From contig NZHC01000130.1 in NCBI GenBank assembly GCA_002689655.1, positions 27,132 through 91,131 on the forward strand: a DNA stretch of 64,000 nucleotides, given 5' to 3'. Shown one piece after another: positions 46,830 to 57,143 of the stretch (position 1 is its first letter; each line of letters opens with the position of its first letter). Position numbers and translations under genes: made by a program. The notes beneath the pieces were generated by a model. The model was not told the origin of the DNA. It did not search any database and saw only the letters and a list, made by a program, of their open reading frames with translations. Source of the DNA: Rhodopirellula sp. (GTDB lineage Bacteria > Planctomycetota > Planctomycetia > Pirellulales > Pirellulaceae).

Positions 46830-49800
46830 ATGTACAAGGAAGTAAATCGATCTCTGATCAAATGGCCGGTCGCGGCATCTGCCACAATGTTGGCAATGTC
46901 ATGGTTCCCGATGGATCCAGCGTGGGACAAGCCTGAGCCCCGCGGTGTATCTGGCATCAGCCCGTCAGTCGACCTCGCTGTTGTGCCGGAATTGAATGAT
47001 TCTCCGGTTGTTGCACCGGTGCTTGTTATGCCCCCTAGCGAGGAACCAAATGCCCTCGTGGCCGAACACTTCAGTGCCGACGAGCGAGATCTTCAGGGCA
47101 TGGAGTTGCCAGAACGAGTTGCTGGTGTCCCAGATGTACAGGTAGATGTACAGGTAGATGTACAGGTACCGGGCAACGAATCGGTAGCAGCCAACGTCAC
47201 AGCTAACGGGCCAGAGGACTCCAGTTCCAAGGCTGTTCTTGCGGCACCGGTCCGCTTGATTGATCAGGAGCTTGCTGGACTTGGCCTGGGCGAGGCGAAA
47301 ACCGACTTGAATGGACGCTCGTCCTCAGCCACGGAGGAGGCTTCCGAGTCAGCAAAGACGCGGTTTGGTGCCACTGACTTGATGATTCTGGAGCAGTACG
47401 CGCAATTTGAATGGGGCAGTGTCAGTTGGATACTTGACCCTTGGTCGGCAGATTTCTGGCAGCCAGACAGCGATCTCGCAAGTATCGCAACGCAGGGCTC
47501 TCAGTCTGACTTCAATCGTGCTCTTGGGCGGGGAGAGCTGATGGGCACAGGGCAGCAGGACGTCGATTTGCGGCCGTCATGGGCCAATGCAAGTCAGGCG
47601 GTTCGCGGTCATTTGCAAACTGTCAGAGAAAATTGCAACGACTGGTTAATCGTCATGGCATGGCAGTCGAATAAACTGAAGGATTTCGCATCCGAGCATA
47701 AGCTCCAGTCCAGTCTTCGAGCGGCAGTAAACGCAGGGGAATTGCAATCTGCAGTTGCGACTGCCGCCGTGGTACCAGTAGGCGGCGTCATCTCAGCAGA
47801 GGATGAAATAGCGATTCCTAAGGTGCAACAGTCTGTTTCTCGGAATGTAAGCTCGGCTCGTGTAGTCAGACAAGAAAAGGGCGCCGCGTGGCCCGAGGCA
47901 AAGCAGCTCGTCACGCAGTTGACTCAACTTGCGGATTTGTCGGCGAATTCAGAGATGCAGCAGGGGGGCAGATTTGTCTCGCTCGATGGAACCGAGTTCA
48001 CCATTGTCGATTGGGCATCTCGTGTGCAGAAATTACTGGCAGATTTGAGGTCATTGCCACGTTTGGGTGATGAGAATGCTGGTGCAATCATCATCGCCTT
48101 GAATGGTTTGGCTGCGGAGGGACGCGAGCAAGCGGAATTGCTGAATGATCGTCAGCATCAACTGCATTGGTTGAGAGCTAGCTATGCGATTTCTCGACGA
48201 ACCGCGATTTGGATGCCCGTCTGGCGTCTAAGCCAGGGGCAAGAAGTTTCTTGGGACGCGCGCAGTGGCGGTACGAGACTGCCACTGGAAATTTCAGTGC
48301 AGCGAGTGCGGGATGACTTGGTGGCAACGGGTGACGTCAAGGGCTGGGCTACGTTTCTGTTGCTCGATGAGGTACTGGAACAGGCCCAGCGTGGTACTGC
48401 GGCTACGCGGGCCATGCTGTCCCAGAGATTGATGTCTCGGTTACAGTGGCACAGCCTTGCTAAGGAACAGTCGCAATGGTTGCAACGTGAGTCAGTCGAA
48501 CAATTGGTGACAGCCATCCGCCCTTGGGCACACACGGTGATTGATTATGCTGCCTTGATGAATCAACTCGAGCAGCAGGAAGCGAATGCGATTGATTTAT
48601 CGGCGGTGGACATCGCTTCGGCCGCACAAGCCCTGCGTTTTGCGAATAGTCCCGCTGCAGTCAAAGTTGCAGATGAAATTAACACTCATTATCGCAACGC
48701 AAATGTGCGTTTCGCGGTTAGTGAGCGATTCATTGAAAGAATGATTCCAGCGATTGAGCCAACGAAAAAGTCGCTCAACACGCGGATGATGGGGGCCAGA
48801 GTATCGGGGGTCAGCCAGATTCAAAGTAAATTCGACATCGATTTGAAACCGGCTAATGATCGTTGGTTGCTGGAGTTAAAAGCAAACGGAAGTGTAGAAA
48901 CGGATTCCGTTGGAAGGCAAGGTGCGGTTTCCGTCCGCACTGCGGCGTCTGCGAAGTTCGCTGCGGCAAGCAATATCGAAGTCACGAAGGAAGGACTGTA
49001 CCTCGGTGACGCCGAAGCCAAGGTAAGGAGCTCAACCCGATTGCGTGGTATAGAAACCGCTTATGATGGTTGGCCATTGGTGGGGACATTGGTCCGTTCA
49101 ATCGCGGAGGAGCGATACCGCGATTTGGCTCCGCAGGCGAATCGGATTGCCAATCGAGAAACGCGGGTGCGGATTGAGTCGGAAATGGAGGAAGAGGTCG
49201 GAACGCGTTTGGATGAGGCTGCAGGGGTATTGAGCGAAATGGTGCTAGGTCCGCTAGGGCGTTTGCAACTTGACCCCTGTGTTACGGATATGCAGACGAC
49301 TGAGCAGCGTCTAGTGGCTCGATATCGGGTAGCGGGTGATTGGCAACTGGGGGCATTTACTCCGCGTCCTCGAGCACTGAGTGACAGCTTGATGAGTGTT
49401 CAGTTACATCAGTCAGCCCTGAATAATACGCTCGAGCAGTTGATCCCCTCGGACCAGGCGATCGGGATTCGCGACCTGATTCGCAGGAGTGCCGGGACAT
49501 TTGGCAACGCGGATGTCGAAATTCCTGCAGATATTCCCACGGACGTGACCGTGCAGTTCGCCCGCACGCGGCCCATCACCGTCGAAATCGAAGACGGGAT
49601 GTTGTGGCTAACCTTGCGAGTGCTGAGGTTGCGTCGTGATGAGGGGATTGATTTGACGCAGTTCATCGTACGCGTCGGTTATCGACCTGAAATTGACGGA
49701 ATGAATGCTCGGCTAGTGCGCGATGGGCATTTGCGGATCAGTGGTCCACGAATGGCGATACGCGAGCGTTTGCCGGTACGTGCTATTTTCAACAAGGTTT

Positions 49801-49958
49801 TTGCAACCAGTCGTGAGATCCCTCTGACGGTGCCACGTTTGATCGAGAACCCGGCCACCGACGGGCTGGTCGTAAGTCAACTGGAGTTGCGCGACGGTTG
49901 GCTGGCAATGGCGATTAGCGAGGAAGGGGCGGCTCGCATTGCTCTGCGTCAGGAGTGA
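46830..49958 (+). CDS. Large planctomycete-type hypothetical protein (1042 aa)
   Basis: Long ORF with an N-terminal hydrophobic segment, an acidic Pro-rich linker, a helical middle and a beta-rich C-terminal half. Confidence 0.8.
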   Translation: MYKEVNRSLIKWPVAASATMLAMSWFPMDPAWDKPEPRGVSGISPSVDLAVVPELNDSPVVAPVLVMPPSEEPNALVAEHFSADERDLQGMELPERVAGVPDVQVDVQVDVQVPGNESVAANVTANGPEDSSSKAVLAAPVRLIDQELAGLGLGEAKTDLNGRSSSATEEASESAKTRFGATDLMILEQYAQFEWGSVSWILDPWSADFWQPDSDLASIATQGSQSDFNRALGRGELMGTGQQDVDLRPSWANASQAVRGHLQTVRENCNDWLIVMAWQSNKLKDFASEHKLQSSLRAAVNAGELQSAVATAAVVPVGGVISAEDEIAIPKVQQSVSRNVSSARVVRQEKGAAWPEAKQLVTQLTQLADLSANSEMQQGGRFVSLDGTEFTIVDWASRVQKLLADLRSLPRLGDENAGAIIIALNGLAAEGREQAELLNDRQHQLHWLRASYAISRRTAIWMPVWRLSQGQEVSWDARSGGTRLPLEISVQRVRDDLVATGDVKGWATFLLLDEVLEQAQRGTAATRAMLSQRLMSRLQWHSLAKEQSQWLQRESVEQLVTAIRPWAHTVIDYAALMNQLEQQEANAIDLSAVDIASAAQALRFANSPAAVKVADEINTHYRNANVRFAVSERFIERMIPAIEPTKKSLNTRMMGARVSGVSQIQSKFDIDLKPANDRWLLELKANGSVETDSVGRQGAVSVRTAASAKFAAASNIEVTKEGLYLGDAEAKVRSSTRLRGIETAYDGWPLVGTLVRSIAEERYRDLAPQANRIANRETRVRIESEMEEEVGTRLDEAAGVLSEMVLGPLGRLQLDPCVTDMQTTEQRLVARYRVAGDWQLGAFTPRPRALSDSLMSVQLHQSALNNTLEQLIPSDQAIGIRDLIRRSAGTFGNADVEIPADIPTDVTVQFARTRPITVEIEDGMLWLTLRVLRLRRDEGIDLTQFIVRVGYRPEIDGMNARLVRDGHLRISGPRMAIRERLPVRAIFNKVFATSREIPLTVPRLIENPATDGLVVSQLELRDGWLAMAISEEGAARIALRQE
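47132..47167 (+). repeat. In-frame 12-bp coding repeat AGATGTACAGGT x3 (DVQV x3)
   Basis: Read directly; lies within the 1042-aa ORF linker. Confidence 0.9.
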
Positions 49959-51034
49959 GTGTCGAATGCAAGTTCACAAAGGTGCGCTTGTGCAATCGGT
50001 TGGGGGCAACTCCAAACGAGAAAGAAGAGTGCTTCACGGCACCAACGGCCCACCGGGTGTCCGTTGACAAATCCAGCACCTTTGGCTGCGGTCAAAGCGG
50101 CTTGTGTGCTTCTGAGAGCAAGTCGGTTTGCAGCTGTACGAATTTCGGATGTGTCGCAGTCACTATCGCCCTCGGACATCTTAAGTAACCGCTCGGACAG
50201 GGCACCAACCTCCTGTCGTAGCTCAGTTGCTGCATCCTTCAGATCCATTCGCTTGATGGATTCGGAGGACAAAAATTGCACGGCAGCTTGCGCCAGGCCG
50301 ACAGCCAATGTTGACGTTTGAAGCCCGCCGGTACGGATGCCAGTGGCGCTTTTGAGAACATTTTCACTCGGGCCGTTGAGCAGCATTGTTCGCGTCACAT
50401 GAACGCGGTCAAAGCTGACCTGGTCGGTGCAGCTTGCGGATAGGGCAACCAACTCGTGACCGGGGCCAGCTTTGATACCACAAAGCGTGGACGGGACAGC
50501 CAGCAGTATTTGCTGGCTGTTTGTGAGTGTGGCACCCACAATGTAAAGGTCAGCGTGGGACGCCCCGGTGACCCAAGGTGCAATACCGTCCAAAATGTAG
50601 CCGTCTCCTGATTCCTCAGCCCGCAAAACTGGTCGCTTCAAATGGCGACGACTCGTTGTCAAATGACTGATGCCAACTGTGCTGAATTGCTTGCCACTCG
50701 CGAGACTCTCGAGCCACTGCTCAATCACGGCTGTATTTCCGCTGGCTGCGATTCGCCGAACTGCACCCATGTACTGGGTGATAACAAAAGTGGTCGTCAG
50801 GTCAGCTTGAGACAAACGCAGATAGCCTCGAATCTGATCAGAAGCGGACCAGCCGTAGCCGCCCAATTCTTCCGGTAGGAACCAGCGATACACGCCACGT
50901 TGGCCGCACAACTCGAGTGATTTCAATGGCCAGTCACTCACGTCGGTGATGGTGTCGGCGAGCCGGCTGAGCTCATCGCACAACTCATCCATCGGAACAC
51001 AGGTGGGGCTCAGGACGGGGGGAAGGTGCTGCAT
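49949..51034 (-). CDS. Acyl-CoA dehydrogenase-like flavoprotein
   Basis: LPEELGGYG, YILDG..PWVTGA, and C-terminal AAKGAGFVNGHPVGRWCREA. Confidence 0.8.
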   Translation of the reverse strand: MQHLPPVLSPTCVPMDELCDELSRLADTITDVSDWPLKSLELCGQRGVYRWFLPEELGGYGWSASDQIRGYLRLSQADLTTTFVITQYMGAVRRIAASGNTAVIEQWLESLASGKQFSTVGISHLTTSRRHLKRPVLRAEESGDGYILDGIAPWVTGASHADLYIVGATLTNSQQILLAVPSTLCGIKAGPGHELVALSASCTDQVSFDRVHVTRTMLLNGPSENVLKSATGIRTGGLQTSTLAVGLAQAAVQFLSSESIKRMDLKDAATELRQEVGALSERLLKMSEGDSDCDTSEIRTAANRLALRSTQAALTAAKGAGFVNGHPVGRWCREALFFLVWSCPQPIAQAHLCELAFDTHS

Positions 51035-51296
51035 GTTCAGGTTACTGGTGGGGTTGGTCAAAATTGCGCGGAATCTGTGGTCCCAGAGAACTGAAATCAC
51101 GGTATCTTTGGCATGCCGAAAGGAAAATATAGGTTCACTGCGACGTCGTGGAGTGCCTCTATCATCGCAGGTTCGCCTATTTTCACCAGAGTGAACATCG
51201 GAATGGTGAAGTCGTGTTGAGTCAGTTTGGATGACTTAGTCACTTTTTCACTTCTTCCATAGTTTCTAGCAGATAATTCATCAACCGTGAGTTCCT

Positions 51297-53507
51297 ATGA
51301 GCCAGGCAGAATTACCGTCGAGTGTCTCGCCCGCATCACCGCTTTTGCAGCCCAATCACGAGGAACACCACGCAGACGATTTATACAGCAAGCTATGGGA
51401 GCTAGCCAACAATTTGTGGTGGAGTTGGCATCCGGAGTGCGATCAGTTGTTTCGCGATATTGATCCGATCCGCTGGCGGCAACTGGATCATAATGCTGTG
51501 GCGCTTCTGCGAGAGATGAGCCCCGAGCAACTGGCTGAACGCGCCAGTGAGTTGGTGCTGCACAGCCGTATTAATTATGCCTACCGCCGATTGCAGGAAT
51601 ATTTGGCCAACACCCACACATGGGCCTCCAACAACGCTGGGGTACTTGGTGCGAAGCCTGTTGCATACTTTTCCGCTGAGTTTGGTATCCACGAGTCCGT
51701 CCCGATCTACAGTGGAGGGTTGGGGGTGTTGTCGGGAGACCACGTGAAGAGCGCGTCCGCGCTCGGTGTTCCTCTGGTCGGCGTAGGCCTGTATTACTCA
51801 CACGGCTACTTTCGGCAGCATTTGGATGATGAGGGAATTCAGGGAGAGGAATACCTTGAAACCCAGGTTAGCCATCTACCGATGAAGCCTGCGGTGGATG
51901 TCCATGGGGACGCCATCAATATTTCCATCGAAACTCGTAATGGAAAGTTGTTAGCCAAGGTATGGCAAATGGACGTCGGGCGAGTGAAGCTGTATCTGCT
52001 GGACTGCAACGTTGACGGTAATAAGCCCGAGGATCGAGAGTTGACAAGTCGCCTTTACGGCGGAGACCAGCGAACAAGAATTCGTCAGGAACTGGTGCTT
52101 GGAGTAGGAGGGGTCAAGGCCCTTCATGCACTCGGGATCGATCCCGGAGTTTATCATCTCAATGAGGGGCACTCCGCGTTTGGTCCCCTGCAGGTAATCA
52201 ACTACTTGATGCAGGAAGATGGGCTGTCATTTGCGGATGCTCATCGTGAAGCAGCCCGCATGACCTGCTTTACCACTCACACTCCGGTTGCCGCTGGCCA
52301 CGATCGTTTTTCCGCGGATCTTGTTGAAGAACATCTTGGCCCCTTGCGTGATTCTTTGGGCCTGGCGGAAAAAGAGTTCTTGGCTCTGGGACGTGTCAAC
52401 GGAGAAGATTTGTCTGAGTCGTTTTGCATGACGGTGATTGGTTTCAACATGAGTCGGTATGCTAACGCGGTTAGCAATCTGCACGGTGTTGTTTCAAGAA
52501 GGATGTGGTCGCACAATTGGCCGGACCGGAAAGAGGATGAGGTGCCTATCGGCCATATTACCAACGGAGTGCATGTACCCAGTTGGCTTGCCGGGCAGAT
52601 GGCGTTGTTGTACGACAAGTACTTTCCTGCAGATTGGAAAGCTCGAATACATGATCCCGAGATTTGGAAGTGCATCCATCAAGTTGATCCCGGAGAGTTG
52701 TGGGAAACTCATAATGCCTTGAAAAATAACCTGCTCTCATTCGTGCGAAGGCGTGTCAGTCGGCAATGCCGACGACGTGGCGAAACTGATGATGTGGTGG
52801 ATGCAGCCAGACGCGTGCTTGACCCTCGGGTGTTGACCATTGGCTTTGGACGCCGATTTGCCACCTACAAACGGGCAAATTTACTGTTCAGTGATATTGA
52901 ACGAATTGTGGGAATGGTGCAGGACCCCAATCGTCCGGTCCAACTGATTTATGCCGGAAAAGCGCACCCGAAAGATGAGCCTGGGAAAAAATTCATTCAA
53001 GAAGTTGCCAATCTTCGTCATGATTCACGATTCACTGGACATGTTGCCTTCATCGAGGATTATGACATCAATGTCTGTCGGCATCTGATCCAAGGCGTCG
53101 ACGTGTGGTTGAATAATCCGCGACGACCGCTGGAGGCATCGGGTACGAGTGGGCAAAAAGTGGTCCTCAATGGTGGCCTGAACTGCAGCATCCTCGATGG
53201 CTGGTGGGGTGAGGCTTACAACGGGGTCAATGGGTTCGCAATTGGGAGGGGACGCAGTCACCTCGATGATGATGTTACCGACGCACGCGATGCGAAGGCG
53301 TTGTATGAGACGCTCGAACAACAGGTTATTCCCTGCTTCTACAACCGTGATGCCGATGGTTTACCGCAGGCATGGATCGACCGGATGATGCACAGCATTA
53401 GTACACTTGCGTGGCGTTTCAGCAGTCAACGCATGGTGGCTGACTATACGACCCATGCCTATTTATGGGCTGCCGGTGGAGTGACGTGTGACATGCGTCA
53501 GCAATGA
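51297..53507 (+). CDS. glgP: Alpha-glucan phosphorylase
   Basis: YSGGLGVLSGD, HLNEGH, FTTHTP, RRFATYKR, GKAHP and PLP-Lys motif EASGTSGQK. Confidence 0.96.
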   Translation: MSQAELPSSVSPASPLLQPNHEEHHADDLYSKLWELANNLWWSWHPECDQLFRDIDPIRWRQLDHNAVALLREMSPEQLAERASELVLHSRINYAYRRLQEYLANTHTWASNNAGVLGAKPVAYFSAEFGIHESVPIYSGGLGVLSGDHVKSASALGVPLVGVGLYYSHGYFRQHLDDEGIQGEEYLETQVSHLPMKPAVDVHGDAINISIETRNGKLLAKVWQMDVGRVKLYLLDCNVDGNKPEDRELTSRLYGGDQRTRIRQELVLGVGGVKALHALGIDPGVYHLNEGHSAFGPLQVINYLMQEDGLSFADAHREAARMTCFTTHTPVAAGHDRFSADLVEEHLGPLRDSLGLAEKEFLALGRVNGEDLSESFCMTVIGFNMSRYANAVSNLHGVVSRRMWSHNWPDRKEDEVPIGHITNGVHVPSWLAGQMALLYDKYFPADWKARIHDPEIWKCIHQVDPGELWETHNALKNNLLSFVRRRVSRQCRRRGETDDVVDAARRVLDPRVLTIGFGRRFATYKRANLLFSDIERIVGMVQDPNRPVQLIYAGKAHPKDEPGKKFIQEVANLRHDSRFTGHVAFIEDYDINVCRHLIQGVDVWLNNPRRPLEASGTSGQKVVLNGGLNCSILDGWWGEAYNGVNGFAIGRGRSHLDDDVTDARDAKALYETLEQQVIPCFYNRDADGLPQAWIDRMMHSISTLAWRFSSQRMVADYTTHAYLWAAGGVTCDMRQQ

Positions 53508-53646
53508 TGCAAGGTTTCGCTTTTGAGCTGTTCCAGGTTTCAGGGCAACACGTCATGAAAACTACATGCACGGGTGTCGAGCGTGTGTTGTTTGTGTGTG
53601 AAGCAGGCAAGGTTGGCCGATCGGTTTACCCCAGGGCTGGGTTGTT

Positions 53647-53690
53647 TCTCTGGGAGCAGTGTGCTGAGTCTCTGGGAGCAGTGTGCTGAG
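53647..53690. repeat. 22-bp tandem repeat TCTCTGGGAGCAGTGTGCTGAG x2
   Basis: Read directly from the sequence. Confidence 0.92.
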
Positions 53691-53881
53691 GTAGAGGCGT
53701 GTGGTTTCAACTCCGGCGATCTTGGACTCCGCTATACTCTTGCGAATGCTGGCGGGATTGCCATGCCCTAGGGGCTAACCCAATCCTTGTTCGCCAGTAG
53801 CGTGGCCGTCATTAGAAAAAGAATGAGTGGCTTGGCGCCAGTTTCGAATCGAGCCCATGGTTTTTGATTTAGTTTGGAGAG

Positions 53882-54646
53882 ATGATGAAGATTGAATGGA
53901 ACATGCTAGGCGTTTTGATCGCGTTGTTTTCCTGTGCGTTTATCGTCGAGGATGTGCGGGCTCAAGCGGAGAAGGAAGACGGTTACACATCATTGTTTAA
54001 TGGCAAAAATCTTGACCACTGGGTGATTCCCGAGGGCGATGGTGGTCACTGGAAGGTGCTTGAAGGTGTGATCGACTACGATTCACGCAGCGAAGCCACG
54101 GGCAGCAAAAATCTACGGACTCGGGAAGAGTTTGGAGACTTCATTTTGAAGATCGATTGGAGAATCAAGGAGACAAGCGGTTTCTATGATGTACCTGTCG
54201 TCTTGAGTGATGGCAGCTATCTGAAAGATGCTGCAGGCAGGAAAATTACGATCAAGACTCCGAATGCTGACTCAGGGATCTATTTGCGTGGTGCGTCCAA
54301 GTCACAGCTCAATATTTGGTGCTGGCCAGTGGGGTCGGGTGAGGTTTACGGAGTTCGGCATAAGGATACGACGCCGACTGAGATCCGTGCTGGTGTGACG
54401 CCAAGAATCAATGCGGATAATCCGGTGGGAGAATGGAATCGCTTCGTGATTATTTTGGTCAAGGATCGTGTTACGGTGTATTTGAATGATCATATGGTTT
54501 TGGAAAACGCACAACTGCCTGAGATTCCTGAGCGTGGGCCGATCGTTTTGCAGCATCATGGAGGACCGGACCAAGCCGGTAGGTTACGTCCAGCATCTAG
54601 CCTTGTTCAGTTTCGCAACGTGTGGATCAAATCACTCGATCCATAG
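53882..54646 (+). CDS. Secreted DUF1080 (3-keto-disaccharide hydrolase-like) protein
   Basis: Signal ending VRA-Q, LFNGKNL..W, DSGIYLRG, GEWN and FRNVWIK. Confidence 0.9.
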   Translation: MMKIEWNMLGVLIALFSCAFIVEDVRAQAEKEDGYTSLFNGKNLDHWVIPEGDGGHWKVLEGVIDYDSRSEATGSKNLRTREEFGDFILKIDWRIKETSGFYDVPVVLSDGSYLKDAAGRKITIKTPNADSGIYLRGASKSQLNIWCWPVGSGEVYGVRHKDTTPTEIRAGVTPRINADNPVGEWNRFVIILVKDRVTVYLNDHMVLENAQLPEIPERGPIVLQHHGGPDQAGRLRPASSLVQFRNVWIKSLDP

Positions 54647-54679
54647 TTGATCCACAGTGATTAGTTGATCCACAATGAT
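54644..54679. repeat. 18-bp tandem repeat TAGTTGATCCACA(G/A)TGAT x2
   Basis: Read directly; the first copy starts at the DUF1080 stop codon. Confidence 0.9.
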
Positions 54680-54763
54680 ATTGATTAAACCTCGTTTTAA
54701 ACGGATCTACACAGCTCATACGCTGTGATAGAGCTAAAGTGCTGTTATAGAGATGGATGTTCA

Positions 54764-55249
54764 ATGACTGAAGAACTGGTACACGGTATGGCGGAGGCTT
54801 TATCGCGAAAACATTTGAAAATCGTTTTTGCGGAAAGTTGTACCGGGGGACTCGTCTCGGCTGCACTCGCTGGTGTTCCCGGGATCTCGGAGTGGCTTTG
54901 CGGCTCCGCGGTAACTTACCGGTCCGCGACAAAGGTTGCGTGGTTGGGAGTGGATGCCACGCAAATTGCGAAGCACACCGCAGTGTGCAGTGAGGTAGCA
55001 TTGCAGATGGCCGTGGGAGTTCTTGAAGAAACACCTGAGGCAGGGCTTGCAGTCTCCATCACAGGACACCTCGGACCCGGAGCTCCTGTGGGGATGGATG
55101 GGCTTGTCTTTGTTGCTATCGCAAGACGCAGCGAGAAAGACAGACCGGCAACGCATGTGGTTCGACGTGTGCTCACGACGGAGAGTCGCCTTGGAAGGCA
55201 GCGAGAAGCAGCCAGCCTCGTGATGTCGACTGCGTTGAAGGAAATATAG
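54764..55249 (+). CDS. CinA C-terminal domain / PncC-like NMN deamidase
   Basis: AESCTGGLV, AVTY, QMAVG and SITGHLGPG. Confidence 0.88.
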   Translation: MTEELVHGMAEALSRKHLKIVFAESCTGGLVSAALAGVPGISEWLCGSAVTYRSATKVAWLGVDATQIAKHTAVCSEVALQMAVGVLEETPEAGLAVSITGHLGPGAPVGMDGLVFVAIARRSEKDRPATHVVRRVLTTESRLGRQREAASLVMSTALKEI

Positions 55250-55589
55250 GCCCCTCACTTTACTGCAGCATCAGAACTAACCATGGGGTTGCATCAAGCG
55301 GAGTGATTTGATTGCTAAGTTGACGAGAATCTTCCAAGCCAGGGGGCATGCCCGCACGGGATAGACATCTCGGAGCAGCGGAGGTCACCAAGTGGTTTCC
55401 AACCCGGTAGGGTTGGGGCAGGGGAGGGGCAGCAAGCTGCTCATGCCGGAACTTTCAGATTTTCAATGATAGTCACGAAAATTTTCAGTGATAGTATCGA
55501 AAAAAACGCCGTAGCGAACCGTTCTTGCGTTCTGGTCGGTTAGCATACAGGAAGTTATTTCTTTTTGTTTGTGGCCCCGGAGTCGTTGA

Positions 55590-57143
55590 ATGCGTCCAAA
55601 AATTGTCCCTGTTCCTGTTGCTTTGTGCTTTAGCTTGGTTCTGTCTTCGTGTGCGTTTGCAGATAAGCTTCCAGACACTGGTAAACGTGATGGAATCAAG
55701 CCTCGTAATGTCGTCTTCGTGTTGACGGATGATCATCGCTACGATGCGATGGGTTTCATGGGACATCCATTTTTGGAAACGCCACATCTTGATTCGTTGG
55801 CGTCGAACGGCGTGCATCTCAAGAATGCGTTTGTAACCACTTCGCTTTGTTCACCCAGTCGAGCTTCCATTCTGACCGGTTTGTACACCCACAAGCACCG
55901 GGTGATTGACAATAACCGCTTGGTGCCTGAGGGAACGTTGTTCTTTCCTCAATATTTGCAGCAGGCGGGTTACAAGACAGGTTTCATTGGTAAATGGCAC
56001 ATGGGGGGGGCGCATGATGATCCGCGACCTGGGTTTGATCATTGGATCAGCTTCCGTGGGCAAGGGAATTATTTGCCCCCGGGGCCGAAGTACACGCTGA
56101 ATGTGAATGGAAAACGGGTGAAGCAAAAAGGCTATATCACTGACGAGTTGACTGATTACGCCGTGGAATGGTTGGAAGAACAGAAAGATGACGAAAAGCC
56201 CTTCTTTTTGTACCTGTCTCACAAAGCAGTTCATGCAAACTTTACGCCTGCGAAACGCCATCAGGATCGCTACAAAGACGCAGATTTGAGTTTTCTTCCG
56301 CGTGGCAAAGAGATCAGTGCGTCAAAAGATGCTCCGCGTTGGGTGCGTGACCAGCGCAATAGTTGGCATGGAATTGATTTCAGTTATCACAGCGACAAAG
56401 GCTTGGACTATCTTTATCGCCGCTATTGTGAATCCGTCTTAGCGGTGGATGATAGTGTTGGACGCGTTTTGCAACAGTTGAAAGAAATGGGAATTCACGA
56501 TGAAACGCTTGTTGTCTACATGGGTGACAACGGGTTCATGTGGGGTGAACATGGGCTGATCGATAAACGGGTTTCCTACGAAGCATCTATTCGCGTTCCC
56601 ATGATGATGCAGTGCCCCGATCTTTATGAAGGTGGTAAGGTTGTTGAGAACGTGATTGGGAACATTGATATTGGGCCAACAATCTTGCACGCAGCTGGTC
56701 TTGGCACGCCCGCTTACATGGATGGCGTCAGTTTTCTGGATTTGCCAAACCAACCAGAAATGGATTGGCGTGACTATTTTCTTTACGTCTACTACTGGGA
56801 AAAGAACTTTCCACAATCCCCAACCCAGTTTGCGCTGCGTGGTGATCGATTCAAGTACATCACGTACTACGGGTTATGGGACGTTGATGAACTTTATGAC
56901 CTGAAAACTGATCCGGGTGAGACGAAGAACCTGATCAATGACCCAGATTACAAAAGCGTTGCAAAGGATTTGGAAAATCGGCTTTATGCAATGTTGGGCG
57001 ACGCTGGGGGAATGGACATTCCGATGAATCAGCCCAGGGGAAGCTCGCAAAATAAGCGTTGGGAAGAACGTGGCGGCAAAGAAGCCGCAGAATTTCCAAA
57101 GTCGATCGTTGTTGAAAAACCTTTGAATCGCCAAGCAAAGTGA
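55590..57143 (+). CDS. Sulfatase (Cys-type)
   Basis: PRNVVFVLTDDHR, CSPSRASILTG, GKWHMG, GDNG and ELYDL..DP.E. Confidence 0.94.
   Translation: MRPKIVPVPVALCFSLVLSSCAFADKLPDTGKRDGIKPRNVVFVLTDDHRYDAMGFMGHPFLETPHLDSLASNGVHLKNAFVTTSLCSPSRASILTGLYTHKHRVIDNNRLVPEGTLFFPQYLQQAGYKTGFIGKWHMGGAHDDPRPGFDHWISFRGQGNYLPPGPKYTLNVNGKRVKQKGYITDELTDYAVEWLEEQKDDEKPFFLYLSHKAVHANFTPAKRHQDRYKDADLSFLPRGKEISASKDAPRWVRDQRNSWHGIDFSYHSDKGLDYLYRRYCESVLAVDDSVGRVLQQLKEMGIHDETLVVYMGDNGFMWGEHGLIDKRVSYEASIRVPMMMQCPDLYEGGKVVENVIGNIDIGPTILHAAGLGTPAYMDGVSFLDLPNQPEMDWRDYFLYVYYWEKNFPQSPTQFALRGDRFKYITYYGLWDVDELYDLKTDPGETKNLINDPDYKSVAKDLENRLYAMLGDAGGMDIPMNQPRGSSQNKRWEERGGKEAAEFPKSIVVEKPLNRQAK

Noticed and set aside
46457-46957. N-terminal extension of fcl suggested by the ORF track (484 aa)
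   Set aside because: Homology begins at MGVSHSEKILVTG (46456), and the extension overlaps the start of the opposite-strand gene.
54621-54720. Replication origin (oriC)
   Set aside because: Only three one-mismatch boxes, one of them coding and two from a tandem duplication; no dnaA/dnaN/gidA nearby.
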